Shown: positions 18,109 through 28,798, counted from the stretch's first letter. The stretch: DNA of 64,000 nt from a virus (IMGVR_UViG_3300032307_000764:128001-192000), one strand, 5' to 3'. The notes: a model not told the origin generated them from the sequence alone. Program-made: numbers and translations.

Positions 18109-19539
18109 TTAAGATCTTGCAGATCTTCCTTTAACATTACCTTCAGTATCTACTCTCTTTTTAGCTTTATCTGGATCTATAACTACTTTAAAAGTCATAG
18201 TTAATTCATTAATTGTGACTTTATCACATTTAACTTTACCAGTTGTAGGTATGTAAATAGTTTTAGTTGAACTCTCTCCTTTAACAAGCTTAGTACCTTT
18301 AACAGTTAGAGTAACATTTCTAAATGTTTTTCTTACTGCCTCATCTGTTACAGGTGTAGCTGGTTGAATGCTAGGTGTTGTTGATGCAGTAATATTAGCG
18401 GATGTAATACTTTTTAAATAAACTTCCACTGCTGCCGCTCTATCTACACAAAGTTTCTCGTTATTTTTCTTGTCTCCTTCCTGAGAAGCCGATCCTTGTA
18501 TTAATATTTCAGAAACTGATGTAAAGTTTTGTGTTATTGCGTTATATATGTTCTTTTTACCCGCATCAGTTAATGATGCAGTATTTTTAGTGAAAAGAAC
18601 TCCGTTATCTTGTATTACTAGGTCCTGTGTAATATCTGGGGTTTTTACTGGGATCTTTACTTCTTTTATATCTGAAATGGATTTGTCTGCACCCTTATTT
18701 TTACCATCTCTTATCGATTTAGGATCTATCGAATATAAAACATAAGTAAAATTAGCTGATCCAGCTCTTTGTAATTTTTTATCTTTATATCCCCCAAGAT
18801 CTCCTTTATTCTCCTTGTATTTTTCTCCTACGTCCATTGACATCTTAACAGGCTCAACACCACTTGCAGGGGTAACTTTATTTTCATTAGTCCATTTGCC
18901 TATTTCTATTTGGGATTCAATTTTTGTGATATAGTACTGATCTTGTGATCCTGAACCTTTAATTTTTCTTTTCTCTCCCGGCTTACCTATAGTACCCCAT
19001 AACATTGTTTGTTTATCCTCTTTGTTAATATTAGAAAATTCACCCTTTCCTTTTTTTGACGATGTTGGTGAAGTGTTGGAAAGCTTCTTCATATTTTCAA
19101 TGTTGATAAGATTTAATAAATCCTCTAACTTCATTTTTCCATCAGCTTCTTTAAAAGAACCTACGCTTTGTCCACCTAGATTAATATCGGATCCTATTGG
19201 AAATACTTTATTTACAAAAACACTCCCTTGTATGACCTCATCGTATTCTAATTGATTGATCGTTGTATTAACCTCTTCAATATTAGTATATGTTCCATCT
19301 AAATCTTTAGCGATAATTTCAGAAAATGTATTTCCTGCTAGTGCTAAAATATTAGCTTTTACACCAGGTCTAGCATCAGAAGATAATAAATCCTCAACGT
19401 ATGCTAAATTCTTCTTTGTGTCGTCGTCTATATAATCGCTTAACAAAGTCTTAACATCATCCCATGTTCTAGCTTCGTTAACCATCATTGAGTATGCCTC
19501 ATTTATAAACTCTGTAAACGATAGTACTTGTTTTTTCAT
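18109..19539 (-). CDS. Leader-bearing protein with OmpA-like peptidoglycan-binding domain
   Basis: IQGSASQEG..NNEKLCVDRAAAVEVYL...FRNV; leader MKKQVLSFTEFINE. Confidence 0.75.
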   Translation of the reverse strand: MKKQVLSFTEFINEAYSMMVNEARTWDDVKTLLSDYIDDDTKKNLAYVEDLLSSDARPGVKANILALAGNTFSEIIAKDLDGTYTNIEEVNTTINQLEYDEVIQGSVFVNKVFPIGSDINLGGQSVGSFKEADGKMKLEDLLNLINIENMKKLSNTSPTSSKKGKGEFSNINKEDKQTMLWGTIGKPGEKRKIKGSGSQDQYYITKIESQIEIGKWTNENKVTPASGVEPVKMSMDVGEKYKENKGDLGGYKDKKLQRAGSANFTYVLYSIDPKSIRDGKNKGADKSISDIKEVKIPVKTPDITQDLVIQDNGVLFTKNTASLTDAGKKNIYNAITQNFTSVSEILIQGSASQEGDKKNNEKLCVDRAAAVEVYLKSITSANITASTTPSIQPATPVTDEAVRKTFRNVTLTVKGTKLVKGESSTKTIYIPTTGKVKCDKVTINELTMTFKVVIDPDKAKKRVDTEGNVKGRSARS

Positions 19540-19570
19540 TTCCATCTTTTTAATTTTTATATTGTATATA

Positions 19571-21631
19571 TCATTTCCGTACCGGAAAAATATTTTGTGA
19601 TTTTAAATATATTAGCGACTCTTTAACCTCTTTTTTCCATCCTTCTTTTGGCTTTTTGAGATTTACACCTTTATCAGTGCTTTTGAAGTCTCCCTTTTGT
19701 GTTTTGTTAGGACCATCTAATACGTAATATCTTGCATTTTTAAATAGAGTGACATCGCCCCCTGCCATTTTTGACTTATAAGTAAATGTAGATTCCCCAG
19801 TTTTGCTTTGTCCCCAAGTTCCTTTTAATTTAGAAACGCCGGGGAATTTCTTTTTGAATTCGTCCTGGTTCTTCTTCATTTTATCAACAATCTTTTGGCT
19901 TCCCCCTCCTGCTTTAACTATTGTTGCAGTACCTGCTGTACCAATCTTTTTAATGTTTGCCTTGTCTGATGGAGTTATATCCACTTTTTTAACTTCTATT
20001 TTAGGAGGACCTTGTTGTTTAACACCTGCTACTGAAGATTTTAATTTAGGATTTCCTGATATTTTTTTAGATATTTCAGCATTTCTTTTACCTAGTGATG
20101 TCATCCAATTTATTCCTGGAGAAACTTTAGGCTTAATATAAACATCAATGAATTTTTGTGCACACGATGTCATAGGTCTAACAGCAGATGATAGTGCTCC
20201 TGATATTATACCTCCTATAAAAGATCCACCTTGTTCTTTTTTAAATCTATCGATTCCTTTTGTAATTCTTCCTGGTAGTTCTAAAAGTCCGTTAAACACC
20301 TTACCTATTCCTGAGATAGCTCCTATTACCATATCGTAAAGCCACCCAAAGCAAGATCTTCCAACATAGACCATAAAGTTTACTACCAATTCTCCGAATC
20401 CCCATCCTCCTTGATTGTCCTCGTTAATAGTCTGGTCCCATTCTTCAATGTATTCCTCGTGATCTAATACATATTCCTCACCTTTTTCTAATCCTTTGTC
20501 TGCTCCTTTAGCTAATATTTTTTTACCAGTATCTAATACTTTACTGTTTTGACCGAGCTTAGCCATAAAAGGTGCTTTTTCACAAAGAGTTGAAAAGAAT
20601 TCACCTAACCAAGAAGAACATCCTAAAGCTTTACCTATACCAACAGAAGCTACTGATCCGAATGCGGTAGCTGTGAATTTAGTTGACCAAGATACCACTC
20701 CAGTTTTAATAGCAATACCAACTGATCCCATTCCTGGAAGTGCCTCTGATGCAGAAGCTATTAGATCCTTAACACCAAGAAGTAAACTTGCAGAACCGAA
20801 GATAATTTTACCTCCACCTTTTACGATTTCTCCTACAGTTTTAGCACCTCCTGCTTCTTTACTAGCTTTTATTAAGTTTGTAATTCCTTCGTAAACGGTG
20901 ATACCCCCTGCAATCATTGCTAAGATAGGTGATAAAAATTGAACAACCGGTATGAAGGATAAAATAGTACCTATAATCTGTAGTGCAATACCTATAGCAG
21001 TAAGAGGATTTTCTTTTACAAATGTTACTACTGCAGATATGATCTTCTTAGAAAACTCCCATACCTTTTTAGCACCACTTGATAGAGCATCCCATGCTTG
21101 GCTAACTTTTCCTCCTACATATTTTGCTGCTTTTACAACTGGTTCTTTTACGTACTTATTCCATGCACCTTTAACATCCTTAGCCACACCAGATACAAAG
21201 TTTACTGTGGAATCCCACCAACCCTCTAAAAGAAGATCTGCGCTTTCTTGCAATTTACTGAATGTATTATCTGTGATTATGTGAAGCTGATTGTCCTTAA
21301 ATAGAATTACGTGACCCTCTGCAACAGAATCATCTGTTAAATAGATTACATTACCTTTAGTCTCAAACCAATCTTTCTTGTGTTCGTATAAAACACCTAG
21401 CTCGTATGTGTAATAAGCTTTCTCTAAAAGATATTGATTCTCTTCATCCGAATTACTCTCATTTAAAGATGAACCAAAGAAATCTTTAAAATCTGAAAAA
21501 TCCCAAGAAGCCATACAATTTTCTCTTAGCATGGACATTTGGTTTATCTTAGCTTCTAAGACATTGTCAGAATCAAAGTTAAAAGATTCTTCTACCTTAT
21601 CGAAGTCATTAAATAGGGATAAGTGTTTCAT
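19571..21631 (-). CDS. 686-aa leader-bearing protein with central hydrophobic, Gly/Ala-rich helices (candidate ejection protein)
   Basis: MKHLSLFNDF leader; TAIGIALQIIGTILSFIPVVQFLSPILAMIAGG and further hydrophobic segments; basic C-terminus. Confidence 0.7.
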   Translation of the reverse strand: MKHLSLFNDFDKVEESFNFDSDNVLEAKINQMSMLRENCMASWDFSDFKDFFGSSLNESNSDEENQYLLEKAYYTYELGVLYEHKKDWFETKGNVIYLTDDSVAEGHVILFKDNQLHIITDNTFSKLQESADLLLEGWWDSTVNFVSGVAKDVKGAWNKYVKEPVVKAAKYVGGKVSQAWDALSSGAKKVWEFSKKIISAVVTFVKENPLTAIGIALQIIGTILSFIPVVQFLSPILAMIAGGITVYEGITNLIKASKEAGGAKTVGEIVKGGGKIIFGSASLLLGVKDLIASASEALPGMGSVGIAIKTGVVSWSTKFTATAFGSVASVGIGKALGCSSWLGEFFSTLCEKAPFMAKLGQNSKVLDTGKKILAKGADKGLEKGEEYVLDHEEYIEEWDQTINEDNQGGWGFGELVVNFMVYVGRSCFGWLYDMVIGAISGIGKVFNGLLELPGRITKGIDRFKKEQGGSFIGGIISGALSSAVRPMTSCAQKFIDVYIKPKVSPGINWMTSLGKRNAEISKKISGNPKLKSSVAGVKQQGPPKIEVKKVDITPSDKANIKKIGTAGTATIVKAGGGSQKIVDKMKKNQDEFKKKFPGVSKLKGTWGQSKTGESTFTYKSKMAGGDVTLFKNARYYVLDGPNKTQKGDFKSTDKGVNLKKPKEGWKKEVKESLIYLKSQNIFPVRK

Positions 21632-21643
21632 TTTATTATTTTT

Positions 21644-22168
21644 TTAGCAATTCGCTCCATCAGATACCATTCCCTCTACATCTCCTTCTTCTTCAGTATC
21701 GTGATTACTTTGAGAGTCAGCATAAAGAAAATTGTAAACCTCCTCTACATCATCTTTTGATGTTGCTATATGATCTGTTGCCCATCCATGTCCATTCTGA
21801 AGAATAGCATCAACTTGCATTGGATCCATCTCTAAAATAGCTTCACACATTCTGTGGATATTCATAACATTAGCAAAGAACATATAGTTTTCTGTATCAT
21901 TATGACCCTCTTTTAGACCAGTTAATGTCTTAGCTAGATTTAATTGCTTGTAAAGTTTAGCATCTCTTTTACCTAGCTGAGCACCTGGTTTTTCCTTGTC
22001 TTTATCTTTCTTTTTAAGATCACTAATTTCATCCTGGATTTCTCCTTTAGTGATTTTTTCATCACCAGTCTTACCAAAGTGTCTTCTTAAAGATCCTTTG
22101 TTTTTACCAACTGCATCCTGGATCCAGTTTTTTTCTAGAATCTCACTAAACGATTTAAGATTTTTCAT
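21644..22168 (-). CDS. Leader-bearing protein (WIQ..GSLRRH..LNLAKTL and NYMFF..HGWA domains)
   Basis: MKNLKSFSEILE leader. Confidence 0.75.
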   Translation of the reverse strand: MKNLKSFSEILEKNWIQDAVGKNKGSLRRHFGKTGDEKITKGEIQDEISDLKKKDKDKEKPGAQLGKRDAKLYKQLNLAKTLTGLKEGHNDTENYMFFANVMNIHRMCEAILEMDPMQVDAILQNGHGWATDHIATSKDDVEEVYNFLYADSQSNHDTEEEGDVEGMVSDGANC

Positions 22169-22169
22169 A

Positions 22170-22328
22170 TTATTTGTTTGTTAATTTGAAATTAGCTACT
22201 GAAAGGCTGAATAATTTATCGCTCCAGTCAGCTTCGAAATGAAAAACAGTAATTGCACCAACTCTAACGTTGATATCGATCTTATCCCACTGCTTCAATT
22301 TCGCTCCCCATGTACTTTTTAGTTTCAT
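22170..22328 (-). CDS. 52-aa protein missed by the ORF track (MKLKSTWGAKLKQWDKIDINVRVG...)
   Basis: Open frame fills the gap; GATATATA at 22351-22358. Confidence 0.65.
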   Translation of the reverse strand: MKLKSTWGAKLKQWDKIDINVRVGAITVFHFEADWSDKLFSLSVANFKLTNK

Positions 22329-22349
22329 AATAGTTAATTATTTAATGTC

Positions 22350-22910
22350 TTATATATCACCAAATCTATTCAATAGACTACCGCCTTTAAATAGAGTTAG
22401 AGTTTCTTTATTGTCTACACCAGACAGTTCTAGCTTAGTTCTTATTAATTCTTTTGTAGTCTCATCGCATAGCTGATAAATCTTGCTTGCTATGATAGGA
22501 TATTCCTTATGAATTCTTACTATTAACTTAGGAGCATTAAATCTCTTGCTAAGCTCAACGTTTGATATTTCATTATCCCATTCAGCATTCTCGTATGCTC
22601 CTTCCTCTCCTAATCCTCTGCCGTAACCGAAAATCTGATATAAAATACCATATTCGTCTAAGTAATCGCTCCAGAAACTCCAATCTCCTTCTCCAGTATA
22701 TTCATTTTCTGCAGTATCAAATTTAGCAGATATATTTTCACCATATGGCGTAGTAATATTAAATTCTTCATCAGGGAAAAACTGAAATGTAGAATCATCC
22801 TCGTCTGTAAATCTAGAGGTCAGTAGCCAATCCATAATTTGATCATCCTTATTAAGGGAATCTATATAGTCTAAATTTTCAAATAAATGGAAAGATTTTA
22901 GGTTCTTCAT
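22350..22910 (-). CDS. Acidic protein with both leader and C-terminal GGSLLNRFG motif
   Basis: MKNLKSFHLFE...KGGSLLNRFGDI. Confidence 0.75.
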   Translation of the reverse strand: MKNLKSFHLFENLDYIDSLNKDDQIMDWLLTSRFTDEDDSTFQFFPDEEFNITTPYGENISAKFDTAENEYTGEGDWSFWSDYLDEYGILYQIFGYGRGLGEEGAYENAEWDNEISNVELSKRFNAPKLIVRIHKEYPIIASKIYQLCDETTKELIRTKLELSGVDNKETLTLFKGGSLLNRFGDI

Positions 22911-22972
22911 AGGATATATATCGTATGTAATAGATCATAAATCTATACAGGGATATATAAATAAAAAAGAAA

Positions 22973-23521
22973 ATGAAAAATCTTACAGGATACGAAACAT
23001 ACCTAAAATCAGGTAGAGTTAACGAACAAAACATTCAACCTACAACTAAAGACTTTATCCTTGATGTAGCAGCAGAAAATGGCGTTGATGCTATGGAGCT
23101 TTTAAGAATGGTAGAAGATGACCTTAACGCAGAAGGAATGAGCGAATCTTTTCTAGTAAAAGAAGCTAATATATCTGAAAGTTCTGTTGTAACATTAGCA
23201 GATTTCTTTATTATCCTTCCAAGTGTAGTTGCTGGACTTGTTACATTGGCAATGGGTGGAAGTTATCTTGAAGGAACAGCTCAAAATAAAAGATGGATTA
23301 AAGCTGAAGCTGATAAGAGAGTTAGAGAAATGATCAAGAAGGATCCTAGCTTAATCGATCGTCAGTCAGAATTGATCAGTCAAGTAGCTGATGAAATTAA
23401 AAACGATCCAGCTATCCAAAAAATGCTTAGAAGCAAAAGAATGGAAGGTGGAGCACAACACCCAGACATTAAAAAAGACAGATCATCTTACAGAACCCAC
23501 ATCTTTGGAGGTGGTTACTAA
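22973..23521 (+). CDS. Leader-bearing single-TM protein
   Basis: MKNLTGYETY..VNE; GATATATAAATA at 22952. Confidence 0.75.
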   Translation: MKNLTGYETYLKSGRVNEQNIQPTTKDFILDVAAENGVDAMELLRMVEDDLNAEGMSESFLVKEANISESSVVTLADFFIILPSVVAGLVTLAMGGSYLEGTAQNKRWIKAEADKRVREMIKKDPSLIDRQSELISQVADEIKNDPAIQKMLRSKRMEGGAQHPDIKKDRSSYRTHIFGGGY

Positions 23522-23583
23522 TCAATATTAATTTAATAAAAAAGGAGCTTAATGCTCCTTTTTTTATTTTGGATAGATACTGT

Positions 23584-24354
23584 ATGAAAAGAATCAAAGA
23601 CTTTAAAGGCTTTATAAACGAGCAAGAAGAAAAATTGATAGGAAAAATGCTTATTGATTTTCTACACGAAGGAATACAGATGACTTCAAATGAATATTCA
23701 ACATTAAATGAAGGATCTGTAGATAAAGCAGATTATGAATTAGATAGGCTTTTAAGAAGAGCTGAAGAAAAGGGTGAAACCCCAATTATCAAAGAATTTG
23801 TACCTGAGGTTAAAGCAATAGTTAAGAAATTTGCTGAATCTGGACAATCAGGAGGATCAGCCCCTTTTACCACTTCTGTAATTATTCAAGTAATAGAGAA
23901 GTTACTTAAACAGGAACCCTTGGGAGGTATTGAAAACTCTGATGACGAATGGGGCAGTTTATCTTCTTTCGGTGATGATGAATCATATCAGAATAACAGG
24001 CTAAGCTCTGTTTTCAAACAAGGTAAAGAAGGTAAGCCTTATTACTTAAATGCAATAGTATTTAGAAACCCAGAGAAGGACTACACATTTACTTCAGGAT
24101 CAATAGATCTTCCGGATTTAGCTGGTGACGGAAATGGCGGGAAAATAGGATCTTCACACTACATTAAAAGCTTCCCATTCGAACCTAAAACATTTATCAT
24201 AGATGTTGAGGAGAAAGAATACAGAAAACTAAAAGACGGTACTCTCGTAGAAGAAGAAGGTGGAGGCTGGTGGGAATCTTGGGTAAAAGATCCTTCACAG
24301 CTAGATCAAGTTTGGGAGTATTACGATAGAAAATATCCAAATAGAAAAAAATGA
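23584..24354 (+). CDS. Leader-bearing hypothetical protein
   Basis: MKRIKDFKGFINE; start corrected to 23584. Confidence 0.75.
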   Translation: MKRIKDFKGFINEQEEKLIGKMLIDFLHEGIQMTSNEYSTLNEGSVDKADYELDRLLRRAEEKGETPIIKEFVPEVKAIVKKFAESGQSGGSAPFTTSVIIQVIEKLLKQEPLGGIENSDDEWGSLSSFGDDESYQNNRLSSVFKQGKEGKPYYLNAIVFRNPEKDYTFTSGSIDLPDLAGDGNGGKIGSSHYIKSFPFEPKTFIIDVEEKEYRKLKDGTLVEEEGGGWWESWVKDPSQLDQVWEYYDRKYPNRKK

Positions 24355-24860
24355 TACATCTAAGATCATATAGCAACTTTCTTAATGAAAGTAAAATCGA
24401 CATAGCTTCTGAAGTTGATGGAGAGATAGAAACACTAATCTCTGATATGCTAAAAAATAAAGAATGCGAGCAAGTTGATACTGGATATCTAGAAATAGAA
24501 ACTCCATTCATTATAAATCCCGATTCAAAGAATAAGGAATGGGTAAACAAAACGGGGATAGTTTTTTACCCTGAGCTTCTTACTTATGGTAATTCAGACA
24601 AATCAGGTAAGGTTCAAAGAACACCTTGGATCGCATGTAGAGTATCTATTGAAGGGGAAAGGACAGATGGTGAAATGAAGGAGCTCTTAAATTGGTTGGT
24701 TTCTTTGATTAAAAAATCAGGATATACACCTTTCATGGACGAGGATGCAAGATTTAATCACTGGAAAGAGAATAAAGGTAAAGGATTTTCAGAATATACA
24801 TGTTATGTTAATCCTAGCTATCCTAAAGGACACTGGGAAAATCACGCTTTAGGTGATTAA
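24351..24860 (+). CDS. Leader-bearing hypothetical protein
   Basis: MIHLRSYSNFLNES. Confidence 0.75.
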   Translation: MIHLRSYSNFLNESKIDIASEVDGEIETLISDMLKNKECEQVDTGYLEIETPFIINPDSKNKEWVNKTGIVFYPELLTYGNSDKSGKVQRTPWIACRVSIEGERTDGEMKELLNWLVSLIKKSGYTPFMDEDARFNHWKENKGKGFSEYTCYVNPSYPKGHWENHALGD

Positions 24861-24926
24861 ATATTCCTAACTAATCTAACTCTGATTTTTTGATCTTTAG
24901 GTATAACCTTATATCTTTTTATCATT

Positions 24927-25325
24927 TTATTTTATTATAAGGTTCATTGCAGCATTAACGGATTTTATTCCTTTATTCCCGTTAACGGAAAATTCTCCTC
25001 CTCTTTTATTAATTACGTACTCTCCAGATTTAGTTGATAAATGTACCTCTGAACATAAATCACCTCCTCTAAAGAAGTTAGCTATTGATTCTTTTAATCC
25101 TATTCCTTTCTCGTTACCGAAGAAGTTTGAGAATCCCTTTTTGCTAGAATTAAATATGTAAGGTATCCCAACTTTTTTAGCTCCTTCCCTAATTTGTTTA
25201 ATCTCATCCTTAGTAAACCAATTAATAGATCCCTGTGATCTTATTTCAGATGGCGAAACTTTCTTGTCCTTTTTCTTACTATAATAGGAAGATACAAATT
25301 GTTCGAATAGTTTAATGTGTTGCAT
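24927..25325 (-). CDS. Leader-bearing basic protein
   Basis: MQHIKLFEQF; GATATATA at 25346-25353. Confidence 0.75.
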   Translation of the reverse strand: MQHIKLFEQFVSSYYSKKKDKKVSPSEIRSQGSINWFTKDEIKQIREGAKKVGIPYIFNSSKKGFSNFFGNEKGIGLKESIANFFRGGDLCSEVHLSTKSGEYVINKRGGEFSVNGNKGIKSVNAAMNLIIK

Positions 25326-25357
25326 TTTAATTATTTCGTATCTTATATATATCCTAT

Positions 25358-25909
25358 ATGATAATAGACGGAGGTATTAATTATAGATTGATTGATAGAT
25401 TTAATGTAGATTATATTGAATCTAAGATATCAAGTATAAAATCCGATGAGTGGTACAAATATAAGCACAGACAGGAAAGATATAAAGATCATAGTGAAAC
25501 TTTTTCAATACCCTTAATATGGTCTGAAAAGTTTTCTGAAGTTGAACTCCATGAAAATTATCAAACGTTCGAAGACGAGATAAAAGAGATAGAACTATTA
25601 ATAAAGAAAAGGCTGTGCAATTCAGGAGGATTAATGAGCGCAGTTCTTATAAATCTCCCTGCATGTAAATCGATAGGAAGACACAAAGACGCTAATCCGA
25701 TAGGTGATAGATTTAACAGATGTCACAGAATCCATATACCTATAATAACAAATGATCACTGTATATTTGATATAGATGGTGAATCTAAAAACTTAAAAAG
25801 AGGAGAGGTTTGGGAAATAAGCAATGTCAATAAATTCCACAGTGTAGTCAATAGAGGAGATACTGATCGTATACACTTACTCTTGGATTGGGATCCTCTT
25901 CTCTCCTAA
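25358..25909 (+). CDS. Aspartyl/asparaginyl beta-hydroxylase-like 2OG-Fe(II) oxygenase
   Basis: IGRHKD..HRIHIPIITN..GEVWEISN..HSVVNRGDTDRIHL. Confidence 0.85.
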   Translation: MIIDGGINYRLIDRFNVDYIESKISSIKSDEWYKYKHRQERYKDHSETFSIPLIWSEKFSEVELHENYQTFEDEIKEIELLIKKRLCNSGGLMSAVLINLPACKSIGRHKDANPIGDRFNRCHRIHIPIITNDHCIFDIDGESKNLKRGEVWEISNVNKFHSVVNRGDTDRIHLLLDWDPLLS

Positions 25910-26608
25910 TCTTCTTAATAGGCCATATCCCATATCAGTTTGGGATAGTTCCCTGAATTCCTCATCAGTTAGTTCAGATTTTACCCCGTCAATTATAGAT
26001 GGATTTATTTTTTTGATAGAATTAAAGATCTTTACAGCTATCAATGATTTTCCAGATCTGTATTGATTAATTATAATATCTTTGATGGTATCTTCTTTTT
26101 TAGTATCCCCTATATGAATTATATCCTCCCCTTCGATTGCTAATTTGGATGTATCACCTAATGATATGACAAAATTTATATTATCTTCTTTTGATAGATG
26201 TTCCATGAATACATCTTCCATTGATAGATTCTCACCATCAATGATCCATCCGGTTGTCTCATTTATCTTATCTATTAAATCACTTACATCTTCCATTGAC
26301 GAAGAAATAAAATAGACCCTATGAAAAACATCATAATCACCATAATCGTCAAATAAATCCGATGCGACAGATTTCTTAGATTCTTCATATTCCTCCATTG
26401 CAGCTTCGTATTCTTCGTCGGATAAGAAATCGCCAGGTTCAGGTTCTTCTGGTGTATCATCGCTCATTGCATACCCTGAATATCCAGCCTGCATGTAGAT
26501 CTTCAATAGCTCATCCTGACTTAAAGGCTCGAGCATCTCGTCACTAGTAGTTACAACTTCTGGGTATCCGTAATGTCCGTCGGGTTCAAGTATAAAATAT
26601 TTTTCCAT
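25877..26608 (-). CDS. Acidic protein with C-terminal GYGLLRRLG motif
   Basis: 243-aa ORF. Confidence 0.7.
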   Translation of the reverse strand: MEKYFILEPDGHYGYPEVVTTSDEMLEPLSQDELLKIYMQAGYSGYAMSDDTPEEPEPGDFLSDEEYEAAMEEYEESKKSVASDLFDDYGDYDVFHRVYFISSSMEDVSDLIDKINETTGWIIDGENLSMEDVFMEHLSKEDNINFVISLGDTSKLAIEGEDIIHIGDTKKEDTIKDIIINQYRSGKSLIAVKIFNSIKKINPSIIDGVKSELTDEEFRELSQTDMGYGLLRRLGEKRIPIQE

Positions 26609-26615
26609 GTTCTAT

Positions 26616-27167
26616 TTATCTCCTTTTAAAAAATTCGTTGTAGATATCTTCAGGGATATCTAATATTTTATCCCTGTTAAGTTTTCCCTCCATATTAAAC
26701 ATGGGTGTATATTTTTTTTTACCCAAATACGAGGGAAAAGTAAATGCTTTACCCCTGCACAGAACATCAAATTTGATCTTTTTTAGCTCCATAGCGAAGA
26801 TATTTTCTCTTCTTCTGGCCTTATTATACTTGAAGTAAATATGTAGCCCGTCATTAAGCGTTTTTTCAACTAGGAAATTCTCTAACTTGATAGATTTTTT
26901 CTCTAAAAAATTCATAAAATCGTCAACTGAACCAGGATTTCCCTCTATGTCTAAACACACTAGCTCAGAATTTTCTAAATCTATCGCTAAAAAATTATAA
27001 TCCTCTGGTAAAAGAGACGGGTTGCTAATCACATCATCAGTAATCCTAATAGAATTTTTATGTAACTTTCTAATTCCCCACTCCAGATCAACCTTACAAG
27101 CATAGGTGAAAACCCCTATCTCCCTCCATTTAGAGGCTTGTGTTAATATTTGATCGTGTTGTGTCAC
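26616..27167 (-). CDS. Bifunctional primase/polymerase N-terminal (Prim-Pol) domain protein
   Basis: LVCLDIE, VEKT..GLHIYF, FTFPS. Confidence 0.75.
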   Translation of the reverse strand: MTQHDQILTQASKWREIGVFTYACKVDLEWGIRKLHKNSIRITDDVISNPSLLPEDYNFLAIDLENSELVCLDIEGNPGSVDDFMNFLEKKSIKLENFLVEKTLNDGLHIYFKYNKARRRENIFAMELKKIKFDVLCRGKAFTFPSYLGKKKYTPMFNMEGKLNRDKILDIPEDIYNEFFKRR

Positions 27168-27182
27168 CCAAGTAGCTTATTC

Positions 27183-27716
27183 TTATTTGTTTTTAAAACC
27201 CCCGAGTCTTCCTAATAGTCTATATCCAGGTTCTGCTTCTGGATTAATTAAGTGGATATCGCCAAGACCATATTGTTCAATATTAAGAGGTACACTTTGT
27301 ACTATCTCTATAAATTTTCCAGGGGTCATTGATTCATTAGGGATCTTTTCATAGTAATCATCGCTGAAATAATCAACTATATCAGAGTCTTCCATATCTC
27401 TAACATTTGAAAATTCCATTGATTCCATTTCATCCTCAGTAAATTCTTTTGATTTTTCGTAGATGTAAATTCTTCTATATTTCTCGTCTTCCTCAAGATA
27501 CCCATTACTCCAAACCCCCATCTTGATTAGGTCCTGTTCTGTTGGCATAACCCAAACCTCATAGGAGATATCATAAGGTGTATCATAAACACATGCAGAG
27601 GTAGTTTTTAGAGAAACTCCATTAACAACGATCTCACCGGAATTATCGATTATAGAATCCCACCCTGCTTCATTTAACTTATTAAATTGATTGAAAGATT
27701 TGATTCGATTTAGCAT
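27183..27716 (-). CDS. Protein with leader and C-terminal GYRLLGRLGGF motif
   Basis: MLNRIKSFNQFNKLNE; GATATATA 4 nt before ATG. Confidence 0.75.
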   Translation of the reverse strand: MLNRIKSFNQFNKLNEAGWDSIIDNSGEIVVNGVSLKTTSACVYDTPYDISYEVWVMPTEQDLIKMGVWSNGYLEEDEKYRRIYIYEKSKEFTEDEMESMEFSNVRDMEDSDIVDYFSDDYYEKIPNESMTPGKFIEIVQSVPLNIEQYGLGDIHLINPEAEPGYRLLGRLGGFKNK

Positions 27717-27730
27717 GATCTATATATCGA

Positions 27731-28798
27731 TCAAATACCAAATCTATTTAGTATACTAGAACCCTTCTCTATATCCTTGGCTTCTTCACTACCAAATTCT
27801 TCCTCGAATCTAGCTAAAGTTTTTGGGTTAGATTTTCTTAAGTACTTTACTATCTTACCTAGAGCTAAAGGATTTTCCTCTTTAAGCTTTCTTAAAGCAA
27901 TCAACAATTTTTCTACATCCCCTATAGCACCATTTGACAAAATAGCAATATACAAATCCCTAGCAGGAACTAAAATATCAGTTGTTGGAGCATAAGAATT
28001 TTCTCTTCTAATTAGACCATCGTATCTTTTATTTACAACATAAATTATTGCTTTTCTAAAAAATTCATCTAGCTTCTCCATTGACGAAGTTCCAATGCTA
28101 ATTATGGCTCTGTTTCTGTTCATCTCATCTTTAGCTGAATATCCTTCCTTGTTAGTTAACCTTATATTGAGATTTGGCTCAAATGATACCCCAGTTATCT
28201 GATCGCACAAATTAAAAGGATCTACATTTATTTTAATATCTGAGTATTCATATATTTTACCACCGTTAAAAAAAACACCCTCGAATTCTTTATAAGTGGG
28301 AAGAGTATTTAAAACATCATGATCCGTTATCATCGAAGATAATCCACTGTTGTTCTTATACTCTCCTATAATCTCCTTGGCATTATTCATCTTGATAACT
28401 TTACTCCAATTAGATTTTATCCATTTTTCTAAATCCCCCTCGTTTAATCCTCTCTCCTTTCTTAGCAATATAAATCTGGTAATCGAGTATTTTATAAGCT
28501 CCTCTAAAGTATCGAAGCATCCATACCCATAAGTATTTCCAGAAGACTCGCTAATCTGACACCATTGATTATTATATTTGTATAATCTAGTGTTACCAGC
28601 ATAAGCACCCTTGATATAAACTCTACCGGTTTTAACAGCCTTAAATAGATCCTCGATTGGTAAAGACCTTCCGTTAGCAACTAAGGTCTGTAGGAATTTT
28701 CCATCCTCACTATTTCTAATGTAGTCCATTATTACAGGACCTGCTGAAGGATCCTCAGATTCATTAAGATAGCTTTTATATTCTAGTAGATGCTTCAT
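27731..28798 (-). CDS. Protein with leader and C-terminal GSSILNRFGI motif
   Basis: MKHLLEYKSYLNES. Confidence 0.75.
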   Translation of the reverse strand: MKHLLEYKSYLNESEDPSAGPVIMDYIRNSEDGKFLQTLVANGRSLPIEDLFKAVKTGRVYIKGAYAGNTRLYKYNNQWCQISESSGNTYGYGCFDTLEELIKYSITRFILLRKERGLNEGDLEKWIKSNWSKVIKMNNAKEIIGEYKNNSGLSSMITDHDVLNTLPTYKEFEGVFFNGGKIYEYSDIKINVDPFNLCDQITGVSFEPNLNIRLTNKEGYSAKDEMNRNRAIISIGTSSMEKLDEFFRKAIIYVVNKRYDGLIRRENSYAPTTDILVPARDLYIAILSNGAIGDVEKLLIALRKLKEENPLALGKIVKYLRKSNPKTLARFEEEFGSEEAKDIEKGSSILNRFGI

